Assembly: GCA_023265685.1 (NCBI GenBank)
Contig: JAHFSP010000001.1
Location: 54,975-118,974 of the forward strand
Source: Candidatus Woesearchaeota archaeon
GTDB taxonomy: Archaea; Nanobdellota; Nanobdellia; Woesearchaeales; GW2011-AR9
DNA: 64,000 nt
Direction: 5' to 3'
In this document: positions 28,482-38,414 of the stretch, piece by piece
How positions within the stretch are numbered: the first letter of the stretch is position 1
Layout of the letters: each line of letters starts with the position of its first letter
The notes under the pieces: model-generated
The model's database searches: none
Told to the model about the DNA's origin: nothing
Seen by the model: only the letters and a program-made list of their open reading frames with translations
Program-made: the position numbers and the translations under genes

Positions 28482-30722
28482 ATGCTGCAGAACTTTTCAC
28501 CTCGATTGTATCAGCAAACTATCCTTGCAAGTGCTGCAACGAAAAATACCTTGGTGGTTTTGCCTACAGGAATGGGAAAGACCGGTATTGCGTTGTTGCT
28601 GGCGGCTCAGCGATTGATTCAATATCCTCAATCTAAGATTCTTTTACTTGCACCAACCAAACCGCTTTGTGAACAACATGTGGAAACGTTTCGTAAACAT
28701 TTGACTGTAGATGCTGAGAAGATCGTGTTGTTTACTGGGAGTGTTACACCGGTTAAACGGGCGGCGTTATGGAAGACAGCAACGGTAATTGTAAGTACGC
28801 CCCAAGGTCTGGAGAATGATATTATTAATAGGCGTATTGACCTTAAAGAAGTAAGTGGATTGATTATTGATGAGGCACATCATGCGACGGGTGATTATCC
28901 TTACGTATGGTTAGCGGGACAGTATGAGAAAAATGCGCAATATGCTCGTATTTTGGCTTTAACGGCGTCTCCAGGAACTGATTTAGAAAGTATAAAAGAG
29001 CTGTGTAAAAATTTGTTTATTGAGAAGATTGAAGTACGTACACAAGAAGATCACGACGTTGCTCAATACGTTCAAGAAGTAGACATGAATTGGATAAGTG
29101 TGGAGTTTCCACCACAGCTCAAAGAAATTCAAACTCAATTGAATCTGTGTAAAACATCGAAACTAAGTGCAATTATGCAATTAGGATTGAGCAAGAGTTC
29201 TAAACTAGGCAAAGGAGAATTATTGGGATTACAACAAGAATTGCAAAGTAAGTTAGCGCAAGAAGGTACTGATTTTAACGTTTTTAAAGCGTTGTCATTG
29301 CTTGCTGAGGCACTTAAAATTGATCATGCGATAGAGTTATTAGAAACGCAAGGAGCGAGCCAAACGTGTAGGTATCTTGAGAAATTACAATCAGAAGCAC
29401 GAATCTCAAATACCAAAGCGGTGAAAAACCTTGTTGTTGATGAACATTTCAAAGCAGCATTATATCTAGCACAACAGCAAGTGGTTGAGGGAGTTCAACA
29501 TCCTAAAATGGTGAAATTGTTGGAGTTGTTGACTCAGACTATTGCAAAAGATATCACTGCAAAAGCAATTGTATTCACTCAGTTTCGTGATACAGGTGAG
29601 TTGATCGTTAAAGAATTGGAGAAAAACTCTATCTCAGGGCACATTTTCGTTGGACAGGCAAAGAAAAATGGGGTGGGTTTTTCTCAAAAAAAGCAAAAAG
29701 AAATTCTCGAGAAATTTAGGGATGGTGTTTTTTCTGTCTTGGTTGCGACGTCGGTTGCTGAAGAAGGACTTGATATTCCAAAAGTGGATGGGGTTATATT
29801 CTACGAGCCAATCCCAAGTGCGATTCGTTCCATTCAGCGTCGAGGACGTACCGGCCGTCTGGAAAAAGGAGAAGTCACGATTCTCATGACAAAGGGTACA
29901 CGAGATGAGGTGTATCGTTGGGCAGCACATCACAAAGAGAAACGGATGTATCGACATCTTGATGAATTACGTAAAAATATCGGGTTGATTTTACCAGAGA
30001 TAATTCTACCAAAGAAAGAAGCAAAAAATATTGAGAAACCATTAATGTCGTATACTACACCTGCTCTGAATGTAATACCTAAAGTGGTAATTCTGGCTGA
30101 TCATCGTGAAAAGAGTAATCGAGTAGTGAAAGAGTTGATCGACCTTAACGTTCATGTGACTCTTGAACAGCTCGATCATGCTGATTATCTACTTTCAGGT
30201 CGCGTGGCAGTTGAATTAAAACAAGTTCCTGATTTTGTTGCATCACTCATCGATGGACGAATCTTAGATCAGTTACGTGATTTAAAAAGATTGTTTGAGC
30301 GTGCAGTATTAATTATTGAGGGCGATGAAGATATTTATAGCGTGCGTAACGTTCACCCAAATGCGTTAAGAGGATTACTTGCAACCATTGTCTTGGATTA
30401 TGGTATCCCCATTTTATATACACGAAGTGCAAAAGAAACTGCGGCATTACTCGCAGTGATGGCAAAACGAGAACAAGAAAAGGATACTGATTTTTCTGTG
30501 CATTCTTTAAAGCCAAAAACTCTTTCTCAACAGCAGGAATATGTCGTAGCGGCATTGCCAGGAATTGGAATTCAGACCGCACGCGTGTTGTTGTTACATT
30601 TTAGATCTGTGGAAAGAGTAATGAGTGCAACGAAGAAAGAGTTGATGGAAGTGGAAGGCGTTGGTGTGAAAATCGCGGAGAGGATCAAAGAATTAGTTGA
30701 GAAAAAGTATGATGCCAAATAA
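28482..30722 (+). CDS. hef: Hef helicase/nuclease (FANCM-like SF2 helicase, ERCC4 nuclease, HhH)
   Basis: PTGMGKT, DEAHH, LTASPG, QRRGRTGR, ERCC4-like DYL...VELK, HhH tail. Confidence 0.94.
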   Translation: MLQNFSPRLYQQTILASAATKNTLVVLPTGMGKTGIALLLAAQRLIQYPQSKILLLAPTKPLCEQHVETFRKHLTVDAEKIVLFTGSVTPVKRAALWKTATVIVSTPQGLENDIINRRIDLKEVSGLIIDEAHHATGDYPYVWLAGQYEKNAQYARILALTASPGTDLESIKELCKNLFIEKIEVRTQEDHDVAQYVQEVDMNWISVEFPPQLKEIQTQLNLCKTSKLSAIMQLGLSKSSKLGKGELLGLQQELQSKLAQEGTDFNVFKALSLLAEALKIDHAIELLETQGASQTCRYLEKLQSEARISNTKAVKNLVVDEHFKAALYLAQQQVVEGVQHPKMVKLLELLTQTIAKDITAKAIVFTQFRDTGELIVKELEKNSISGHIFVGQAKKNGVGFSQKKQKEILEKFRDGVFSVLVATSVAEEGLDIPKVDGVIFYEPIPSAIRSIQRRGRTGRLEKGEVTILMTKGTRDEVYRWAAHHKEKRMYRHLDELRKNIGLILPEIILPKKEAKNIEKPLMSYTTPALNVIPKVVILADHREKSNRVVKELIDLNVHVTLEQLDHADYLLSGRVAVELKQVPDFVASLIDGRILDQLRDLKRLFERAVLIIEGDEDIYSVRNVHPNALRGLLATIVLDYGIPILYTRSAKETAALLAVMAKREQEKDTDFSVHSLKPKTLSQQQEYVVAALPGIGIQTARVLLLHFRSVERVMSATKKELMEVEGVGVKIAERIKELVEKKYDAK

Positions 30723-30798
30723 TTTTGGAGGGCATTAGTTTTTAGTAGTAACTTGTTAGGAGTAAATTTTATAAAAGAGGGATGATTTTAGACTTCTT

Positions 30799-31320
30799 GT
30801 GGAAACTACTCAGATTATCTATAAAAAAGCACCAACAGTTCAAGGGTTAATTACAGATTTACGTCCCCATCTTACAGATGCTATTGGATCTATTGCGAGA
30901 GGTGAATCGCTTGAAATAACTCTCGCATTTGAACCTGAATCTTGGGAAGAATTTTTGAGAACAAGTGATTATGCTTATGAAAGACGTGCGAGATTAGGTG
31001 ACTCTCATCTTGGTAGAGAAGGTCAAGAGATGTTAGAGGCTGCAATTAAATATAGTCTCCTACTAGATAGCAGAAATCTTAGAGTTGAAATTCAACTATT
31101 TTATCCCCAAAGCATTGCACAATTACAAACATGTGGCCCTGCTATCTACCAGAATGCCGTTGCTCAAACAGGTCAACTACCTTTTCCATTTTTTGATGAG
31201 ATTGATTTTAGTGAGCTTATACGGGAAGAGAAACTGGGTAAAAAAGAACATCGCGAGATACATGTTACATTTAGTAAAGCAGAATCAATGGATACGGTTA
31301 ATCGCTATTATCAAGATTAA
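30799..31320 (+). CDS. Hypothetical protein
   Basis: 173-aa ORF with a TATA-like element upstream. Confidence 0.6.
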   Translation: METTQIIYKKAPTVQGLITDLRPHLTDAIGSIARGESLEITLAFEPESWEEFLRTSDYAYERRARLGDSHLGREGQEMLEAAIKYSLLLDSRNLRVEIQLFYPQSIAQLQTCGPAIYQNAVAQTGQLPFPFFDEIDFSELIREEKLGKKEHREIHVTFSKAESMDTVNRYYQD

Positions 31321-31343
31321 TGTAGATTAATGTATAACTCATT

Positions 31344-32084
31344 TCATTTCTTAGACATCTTTCCAGTCTGCCAGTCACGCAGAATAAGTCTACTGGTTGA
31401 TTCGAGATCGGGTTGGCCACCTTTTTGGAGACGTTTGATTTTATAGCCAACCTGTTCGAGTATGTCTTGACTATTTTTGCCGCTGACTTGGTAATAGTCA
31501 CAGATTAATTGCTTTTTCTCTTTGATGAGACCGATGGCGGCGGCTTCAGGGTCTTTGATTTTGGCATAATCGATTGCACCAGTTTTACCGTGTTTAATGT
31601 CAGCATTGCCTTTTTCTTTGAGAGGAAAGACACCAGGAGTATCGAGAAGAACAATTTTTCTATCAACACGAATTTTTTGTAAGCCTTTGGTGAACCCACT
31701 CTCAGAAGACGTTCTTGCCGCACCGCGTCCTGCTAGTGCATTGATTAATGATGATTTTCCTACGTTAGGATATCCCACGATTCCTACCACAACATTTTCT
31801 CCATGCGAAAGTGCGAGAATTTTTTTCTTAAGCAGAGTTGTTCCAAGGTGTTCACGACTTGAAATGAAGATAGATGGTCGTAAATCCTTGCGGTCTTTTT
31901 TAAGCTGATCAATTTCCACTAAGTCACACTTTGTGATGACATAGAGAAGTTTTTTCCCTGATTGAAGAACTTTTCGTTCGATTTCCGGATGTCGAGTATC
32001 TTCAATGGAACGCGCATCAAGCACTTCGATGATAATATCAGATTGTTCCAAGACGCGATTGACATGTCGCCAGAATGAGGGCAT
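31344..32084 (-). CDS. Circularly permuted GTPase (YlqF/RbgA-like)
   Basis: EVLDAR and TKCD come before GYPNVGKS and DTPG. Confidence 0.92.
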   Translation of the reverse strand: MPSFWRHVNRVLEQSDIIIEVLDARSIEDTRHPEIERKVLQSGKKLLYVITKCDLVEIDQLKKDRKDLRPSIFISSREHLGTTLLKKKILALSHGENVVVGIVGYPNVGKSSLINALAGRGAARTSSESGFTKGLQKIRVDRKIVLLDTPGVFPLKEKGNADIKHGKTGAIDYAKIKDPEAAAIGLIKEKKQLICDYYQVSGKNSQDILEQVGYKIKRLQKGGQPDLESTSRLILRDWQTGKMSKK

Positions 32085-32151
32085 GGGAAGAGATGGGTGA
32101 GCGGTGTTTATAAAAGTCGCTGAAGAGAAGTTAAAAATTATGCATTTAAAA

Positions 32152-32538
32152 TCACGCTGCCAACGCTTCTTGGTTTTTAATCTCTTGTTCTACTGATTTG
32201 TATAATTCATGAATCTTACGGATAATTTCTGGTTTCTGTTTTTTCTGAGATAGGCCAATATAGGCTTTGAGTAATTTGATTTCTTGGAGTTCGCGTTGCA
32301 TGATTTCGAGAAATTTTTTCTTTCTTTCTGCAGAAAGATTTCGTGCAATAACATTTTCTGCCAAAACACTTTTTTCCAGACGACTTAGATATTCGTTAAT
32401 GCTATTTGCTAATTTGATTGTGTCCTTATCTTTTTCTCCTACTTCGTTGAGAACAAACAGCAAGTCTTCAATTTGTGTGGCAATAACAGCATACACTTTC
32501 CTGATTTTTTCCACGTATAATTGTACTGCTTCTGCCAT
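32152..32538 (-). CDS. Hypothetical helical protein
   Basis: 128-aa charged ORF, coupled to the upstream gene. Confidence 0.6.
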   Translation of the reverse strand: MAEAVQLYVEKIRKVYAVIATQIEDLLFVLNEVGEKDKDTIKLANSINEYLSRLEKSVLAENVIARNLSAERKKKFLEIMQRELQEIKLLKAYIGLSQKKQKPEIIRKIHELYKSVEQEIKNQEALAA

Positions 32539-32539
32539 T

Positions 32540-33133
32540 TTATTTCTCTTTACCTAAGATGTCAGCAGTACTTGCACCTAAGACTGCGAGAAGTTCATTT
32601 GTTGCAATAAGACGATATATCTGTGGAAGAGGAGTGGTAAAGTCTATGAAGCCAAAGACAAAGAGAGTTACTACGATGACTCCTGTTGAAATCAGGAAAA
32701 TGGTAGCAACTCGCAAAGGGATAAACCGGAATATTTTGATTTCTTTGACTTTGCGAAATCCTGAATAATACATGAAGAAGAATGCGACCACTAACGAGAG
32801 AACATAGAGGGTTGTGGCACGATTAACAGATACCCTGTCAGCGATCTCAACGCCATAAAAAAATGCGAAGTGACCAACTGTCCCGATTAATGCACCAATG
32901 GTACTTCGGGTGATGTCGGAACGAGTGATTTTCGTTAATGGATGACTGCTTTTCTCATTTTCAATTTCTTTTTTTATGGTCTCGAGTTCTTGGATTTCTT
33001 GAAGCTGGAGTCGTTCGACGTTTTCTTCTTCTATGAGGAGATCTTTTGGGGTTGGTCTTATTGAAGACAGTCTCGATTTTGGGAATTTAGAACTAGATGA
33101 TTGGGTCTTGGATGGTTTGCGTTTCTTTGCCAC
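32540..33133 (-). CDS. Hypothetical membrane protein
   Basis: Coiled-coil N-terminus plus about four TM segments, ending GASTADILGKE. Confidence 0.7.
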   Translation of the reverse strand: MAKKRKPSKTQSSSSKFPKSRLSSIRPTPKDLLIEEENVERLQLQEIQELETIKKEIENEKSSHPLTKITRSDITRSTIGALIGTVGHFAFFYGVEIADRVSVNRATTLYVLSLVVAFFFMYYSGFRKVKEIKIFRFIPLRVATIFLISTGVIVVTLFVFGFIDFTTPLPQIYRLIATNELLAVLGASTADILGKEK

Positions 33134-33229
33134 GAAGGTAACGAAAGAAAAAGAGAATATAAGTCTTTCGAGTTGAGTGATTATTATGTTATTTTTAGAG
33201 TCTTAGAGAGAAGTCAAGCTTGTGAGATA

Positions 33230-33910
33230 CTAGCGAGCGCGGATGGGCACGACCCGAGCAAAGGAACCGTTGACGTAGGGGTCATAATTCTTACAACCAA
33301 AGTTCGAGCTGTTATGATTGCCCACGCAGAGCGCTCTCGTTTCACCAACTTGAGGATTGGAAAAAAGACATGTGCCCATTGCTGCGTAATCTGAATTTTT
33401 TCCTTGCCACTGGCGTTCAACGTATTGATCAAGTGCATTTCCTGCTGCGAATTGCCAGACTGGATGGGCTTTTGCTTGGGACTTTGTGAGTGGAGTGTCG
33501 TATATCCCGTCTGCTCTGTTGAATTCTCTGACATTGACACCATCAGCGACGAGAGAATCATACCCTATATTGAGAGATAGTTTATTGAAGTCTCGGGGTA
33601 GACGCAGAAGAGCATCAGAGATGAGAGAGATTTTGATACGACCGTTGGGTCCATAGGTGATTGCAGAACAGCTGTCATTCCATTTTTGACCGAGGTCCCA
33701 GTTGCCGATACGGGCGAGCATGTTTTCTTCGACGGTGAGAGGACGGTAGATTGTTTTGCCGTCAAGAACATGAGTAGGGTGTTGTACAGTTCTTCCTGCT
33801 TGTTCGTCGGCTTTGCAGACGTCTTGGAGAGCGTGATAGCCTTGGGCCCAGGTTTTGGTTTGTGGCATGAGCTGAACGGTTTGTCGAGTAAGTGTTTCGA
33901 GAAGTGACAT
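33230..33910 (-). CDS. Putative DGR target (variable) protein, paralog 3
   Basis: N-terminal part nearly identical to paralog 2; C-terminus RALCVGNHNSSNFGCKNYDPYVNGSFARV. Confidence 0.83.
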   Translation of the reverse strand: MSLLETLTRQTVQLMPQTKTWAQGYHALQDVCKADEQAGRTVQHPTHVLDGKTIYRPLTVEENMLARIGNWDLGQKWNDSCSAITYGPNGRIKISLISDALLRLPRDFNKLSLNIGYDSLVADGVNVREFNRADGIYDTPLTKSQAKAHPVWQFAAGNALDQYVERQWQGKNSDYAAMGTCLFSNPQVGETRALCVGNHNSSNFGCKNYDPYVNGSFARVVPIRAR

Positions 33911-34030
33911 GTTGGGCTACTATGATTAAAGTGCATTTATAAATGTTTCTTTTGTTGTTACTTTTAAGTTATGATCTATTCGGACCACTGTTTACATAAT
34001 CTTTTTATAAGTATTAAGTCTAGGATACCT

Positions 34031-34330
34031 ATGGCATTCTCAAAACCGTTTCCAAAGCAGGTTCCAGGGAGTAATTATCCTCTTTGGGAGGAAGTGACGC
34101 TTGATGACCAAGAGGAGTATGAGGTAGAGGAGATTTGTCGTAGGGAGAATATGCGACTGATGGATCAGGCATTAAGCGATGCTAAAGTTTTGGCGATTAA
34201 GCATGGTATTAATGAGGATGGGATTCGTGCAACACTTGCGGTTTCTCTTTTTGAAAAACTAGCATCTCATGTGGTGTTTTGGAAAGAGCATCGTACCAAA
34301 GAGAGATGGGATGAGAAGAATCAGCGGTAG
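34031..34330 (+). CDS. Hypothetical protein
   Basis: Start moved to MAFSKPFPK. Confidence 0.65.
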   Translation: MAFSKPFPKQVPGSNYPLWEEVTLDDQEEYEVEEICRRENMRLMDQALSDAKVLAIKHGINEDGIRATLAVSLFEKLASHVVFWKEHRTKERWDEKNQR

Positions 34331-34342
34331 AATTTAATGGAC

Positions 34343-34828
34343 TTATTTCTTTTTCTTGACGTCTAGTGTCTTAACACCTAGGGCTTTCTCAACGTGGCGA
34401 GCATCTTCTTTGGTGTTGAAGAATAACAAATGTTTGACGCCTTCTTTAGTGAGAATATAACCACCGAGAAGATAATGGTCAAAGCGATGTTTGATGATGT
34501 TTTTTAAAAGAATTTTTACTTTTTGTTGTTTACGTCTTGAGCTATGTTCGATTAGTAGTTGTTGGGCATTGACAACGTAGTGTTTTTGCAATTTGCGACA
34601 TTCCAGAACAATAGTATAGGCTAAAGCATACACAGCAAGAAAAAGGGCAGTGAGAAGTAAACCATCGAAAACTTTGCCAAACATGCCTACGGTTGAAATG
34701 AAGATGACTCCTGCAAGTAATCCCACAAAATAGCGTTCGATTCTTAGTGAGAAGGCATGGCTAACGATAACACTCCAGCTATATCCAGTTCTGGTCTTTG
34801 ATGCTTTTTGGGTTGATTTTTTTGCCAT
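34343..34828 (-). CDS. Hypothetical membrane protein
   Basis: Two TM segments followed by a soluble basic domain. Confidence 0.65.
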   Translation of the reverse strand: MAKKSTQKASKTRTGYSWSVIVSHAFSLRIERYFVGLLAGVIFISTVGMFGKVFDGLLLTALFLAVYALAYTIVLECRKLQKHYVVNAQQLLIEHSSRRKQQKVKILLKNIIKHRFDHYLLGGYILTKEGVKHLLFFNTKEDARHVEKALGVKTLDVKKKK

Positions 34829-34849
34829 GGTTTTTTAGTTAGATTGAGT

Positions 34850-35110
34850 TTATTCGACAATTGGTGCTTTGGTCATGCTGATCATAGAAGCAATAAACAT
34901 CAAAATGAAGAGAAACATGAATGCAATGCCGTAGTTAGTACTTTTGGGAAGGATAAGGTATGCGCTAGTGAAAAAACCGACAATGGCGAGTACCATAAAG
35001 CTACCTTTGAGCGGTGCATATCTCCATTCTTTGGGTGATTTATGCGTTGCTGTCTTGGTCTTTTGATGTACTGCGTGTGATTTGTGGAGAGGTTTTTTGA
35101 TACGTGCCAT
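34850..35110 (-). CDS. Small 2-TM membrane protein
   Basis: APLKGSFM...MFIASMISMTKAP. Confidence 0.65.
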   Translation of the reverse strand: MARIKKPLHKSHAVHQKTKTATHKSPKEWRYAPLKGSFMVLAIVGFFTSAYLILPKSTNYGIAFMFLFILMFIASMISMTKAPIVE

Positions 35111-35219
35111 GCTTCACCTTTTTAATCAGAGAACGTATTGTAGATATTTAAATCTATAGGTTGGTGTGGGGGCGTGAATCTAGACGTTAGAAGTTGATCT
35201 GCAAGTTAGACTTGGAGGT

Positions 35220-36335
35220 TTAGTTTCCGGTTTCTTTCAAGAATTTGGTTACTATTTTTTGTGCTTGAGAACGTTTTTTGTGGTGTTTTTCTAAAAACGT
35301 CGACACTTTGTCGATACAGTACTTTTTTAATTCTCCACTGAGCATTTTGCCAGACTTATAGTCTTGATAGATTTGAGCTAATTTATCGTCATCCGGTTCA
35401 AGACCATACAATAGCATTTGAAATGCAACATCTACTTCTGGGTTGCCCCCTAAACGGCGATGCTCTTCAACGGTTGCTTGGCCTCCTGAGAAAGCATATT
35501 TGTTAATTTTTTTAGCTGCTTCTTGTGGAGTCTCTGTAAGGGCAATATGAGTTGTTGGATCAGAAGAAGACATTTTTCCACCACCTAACCCTGGACAGAA
35601 TTTGTTGTAGGTTGAACTAATTTGTTCCATAGGGACAGCTTTGAAGCGCTGAATCATATCGCGGGCTAATCGAACATGTGGATCTTGATCTATACCAACA
35701 GGAATGACCACGGGCATTGGACCCTCGAATTCGGGCATCTGTGCATGACACATATCGGATGCTTGAAGTAAAGATGAAGACATTTTTGCAGGGGTGATTT
35801 CACCATATACTGCTTGAAATTCGTTGAATGTTGCATGGCGAGAAAGCATAGATGCAAGTCGATAATAGGCACTGGCTTTACGTCCATCTAAAGATCGGTT
35901 TGATTGAAAATAGAAATCACATTGAGAAAGATCGAGACCTAATGCGACATAATTAAGCAAGTACTCGTTAATTGCCGTATCACGTAATTGAGCAGTATCT
36001 GTGTTACGAGTATTGTAGGCTTCGACATCAGCAACACAAATATAGACTTTTGCTCCTAATTTCTGATAAAAAATCATCTGTTCTGCGATCATTTTATGGC
36101 CAAAATGGAATTTACCTGAGGGCATTAAACCTGTTATCATTACAAAAGGTTTTTTCTTTTTGATAGCTTCGAGAATTTTTTCAAAATCACGTTGAGCATA
36201 GATTAAGTTGCGGCGAAACAATACATTCTCCATAAATGCAGGAGGGAGTTTAGGCATAGGTTTTACCCCAAACTCTCTAATCAACTTATCATAATCGATG
36301 TTGCCTTTGACTTCCCAGGGAGTGACAGTGGCCAT
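35220..36335 (-). CDS. trpS: Tryptophan--tRNA ligase
   Basis: VTPWEV, HFGH, GIDQDPH, KMSSS, AFSGG. Start moved to MATVTPW. Confidence 0.96.
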   Translation of the reverse strand: MATVTPWEVKGNIDYDKLIREFGVKPMPKLPPAFMENVLFRRNLIYAQRDFEKILEAIKKKKPFVMITGLMPSGKFHFGHKMIAEQMIFYQKLGAKVYICVADVEAYNTRNTDTAQLRDTAINEYLLNYVALGLDLSQCDFYFQSNRSLDGRKASAYYRLASMLSRHATFNEFQAVYGEITPAKMSSSLLQASDMCHAQMPEFEGPMPVVIPVGIDQDPHVRLARDMIQRFKAVPMEQISSTYNKFCPGLGGGKMSSSDPTTHIALTETPQEAAKKINKYAFSGGQATVEEHRRLGGNPEVDVAFQMLLYGLEPDDDKLAQIYQDYKSGKMLSGELKKYCIDKVSTFLEKHHKKRSQAQKIVTKFLKETGN

Positions 36336-36506
36336 GAGTTGATTAAATAAAAACGAGTATATAAAATCTGTGGCATGATTGGGATATGCTTGAAACAGGG
36401 CGTGTGTAAAAAGATGCAAGAAAGATACTAGAAAAAAGATATGAAAAAATCAAAGAATAGACTTAATCAAGAATGTTGAAATTGTCGCTTGATTACTGCT
36501 GCTTAA

Positions 36507-36842
36507 TTACCGTTTATTTTCAAATGCGCCGGGAAACTTTTTCTTTAGCTCGTCACTGGTCATTCGAGGCGTGTTGGTAACACGTTTGGCCACGTTAGTC
36601 TCTTCTTTACGTAAGCGATCCTGTGTTGTTGGTCGCAGAACAGTAGGGGCATTACGAACACCGGAACGTTTCTCTTCCATAACTGCTTTAGGATGAGGCA
36701 TTACTTTTTGTGTGGTTGGACTGTGTCCCGCTGCTGTTGGGTTAATTTCTACCCATTCTTTGTTTTCGCGTCCTTCGGCTTTGGAGTCGCCTCCTTGTAA
36801 CCAGGCACGGACAGAGCCTAAAAACGATTTTTTTTCACCCAT
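36507..36842 (-). CDS. Hypothetical protein
   Basis: 111-aa low-complexity ORF. Confidence 0.5.
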   Translation of the reverse strand: MGEKKSFLGSVRAWLQGGDSKAEGRENKEWVEINPTAAGHSPTTQKVMPHPKAVMEEKRSGVRNAPTVLRPTTQDRLRKEETNVAKRVTNTPRMTSDELKKKFPGAFENKR

Positions 36843-36899
36843 TTTAATCTTACCCTCTCTTTTTCTACCCCCCTGCTCTTTTGGAGATAGTTCCTCTTT

Positions 36900-37664
36900 T
36901 TAGACTTTTTGTTTTTCAATACTAGAAGAGGAAAGCACCCCTTGTAGGACCATGGTTTTTTGTTTGTAAACATACTCCATAACTCCTTTGAGATTTTCGA
37001 TGTCTTCAGCATTATACGCAAGTAAGAGGTCAAGATATTCTTTGTCGCCACTGGCATGAAAGGCTTTCCAGAGATCGATGGGATTTCCATAAAGGTGAGG
37101 AGGTCGTTTGAGGTTGAGAATTCGTTCTACTTCTTTGAGACCACCATTAAGATCAAGTTGTGCACATAAAGGTTTGAGGTCAATGTGAGGCATGGCAATT
37201 TGAAGATGATATTCTTTACGCAAAATAGGTAGATCAAATGAAGCTCCGTTAAATGTGACCAGAAGGTTGTATTTGGCAAGTTCTTTTCGAAGCACCTGAC
37301 TAGAGAGATTTATTCCTCGTACGAATTGGTTAGTTTGATAGTAATTAGAAATACCTACTACTGTGACCAAACTTTTCGAATCCGTTTCAATATCAAGAAA
37401 ACAGACTTGATCTCTGAACTCATCATAGAGCCGCCAACTGTGAATGGAAGGGAGTTTGTTATTGAAGTATTCACTGTTGCCTTGCTGGAGAGCTTGATCT
37501 GCTTGCTGGAGTAGTGTGTCATAGAGAATTTTACGAGTAGGGTTGATGCCCTTGATTTTTGTGCTGTGTCGAAATGTTGACCAGTCTTTGATCCCTGCTG
37601 CCCAGAATTTTTGCTCGCGTAATGGTGTGCAACCGGGAAGGAAGATGAAAGATTGGCGGATCAT
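36900..37664 (-). CDS. RNase H-like (YprB-type DEDD) exonuclease
   Basis: FLDIET, TFNGASFDLP, HIDL, GGLKEVE, YNAED. Confidence 0.9.
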   Translation of the reverse strand: MIRQSFIFLPGCTPLREQKFWAAGIKDWSTFRHSTKIKGINPTRKILYDTLLQQADQALQQGNSEYFNNKLPSIHSWRLYDEFRDQVCFLDIETDSKSLVTVVGISNYYQTNQFVRGINLSSQVLRKELAKYNLLVTFNGASFDLPILRKEYHLQIAMPHIDLKPLCAQLDLNGGLKEVERILNLKRPPHLYGNPIDLWKAFHASGDKEYLDLLLAYNAEDIENLKGVMEYVYKQKTMVLQGVLSSSSIEKQKV

Positions 37665-37718
37665 GGGGGGGGTTTAGGCAAGACAAGAGTTTTATAATAG
37701 TTCTTATTTGATCTTGTT

Positions 37719-38414
37719 ATGTCAATTCAATCTCTTAAATCAGATTTGCAAGCTCTTGCTAACCCAACAAAAGCTGCGTTTTTTCCTTCATTTTTCAAAA
37801 CCGGCCCAGGACAGTATGGTGAGGGGGATGTATTTATTGGGGTGACGGTTCCAGAGCAGCGAGTGGTGGCAAAGAAGTATGAAAGTCTTTCTCTAGGCGA
37901 TGTTGAAACACTTTTGGAGTCGCCTATACATGAACATCGACTCACGGCATTGTTGATTTTAGTGTTGAAGTATCAGAAAACAAGAGATACTAAGATAGTT
38001 GATTTTTATCTTGCACATACAAAACAGGTTAATAACTGGGATTTGGTGGACAGTTCTGCTGATAAGATCTTGGGACATTCTTTATTAGATGTTAAGCACG
38101 ATATTTTGTATACGTTGGTAAAGTCTTCTGTTTTATGGGAGAGACGCATTGCGATTGTGGCAACGTGGGCATTTATTCGTAAGAATGAGTTTGAAGATAC
38201 GTTTCGACTTAGCGAGATGCTGCTTTCTGACAAACATGATTTGATGCATAAAGCGGTGGGGTGGATGTTACGTGAAGTAGGTAAGAGAGATGAGAAAGCG
38301 TTATGTGATTTTCTGGATATACACTGCACACAGATGCCAAGGACAGCGTTGAGGTATGCGATTGAACGATTTGAAGAGAAAAAAAGAAAAGGGTATCTAA
38401 CGAGAAAATTATAA
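37719..38414 (+). CDS. DNA alkylation repair protein (AlkD-like)
   Basis: FFKTGPGQYGEGD, NNWDLVD, WERRIA, KAVGWMLREVGK. Confidence 0.92.
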   Translation: MSIQSLKSDLQALANPTKAAFFPSFFKTGPGQYGEGDVFIGVTVPEQRVVAKKYESLSLGDVETLLESPIHEHRLTALLILVLKYQKTRDTKIVDFYLAHTKQVNNWDLVDSSADKILGHSLLDVKHDILYTLVKSSVLWERRIAIVATWAFIRKNEFEDTFRLSEMLLSDKHDLMHKAVGWMLREVGKRDEKALCDFLDIHCTQMPRTALRYAIERFEEKKRKGYLTRKL

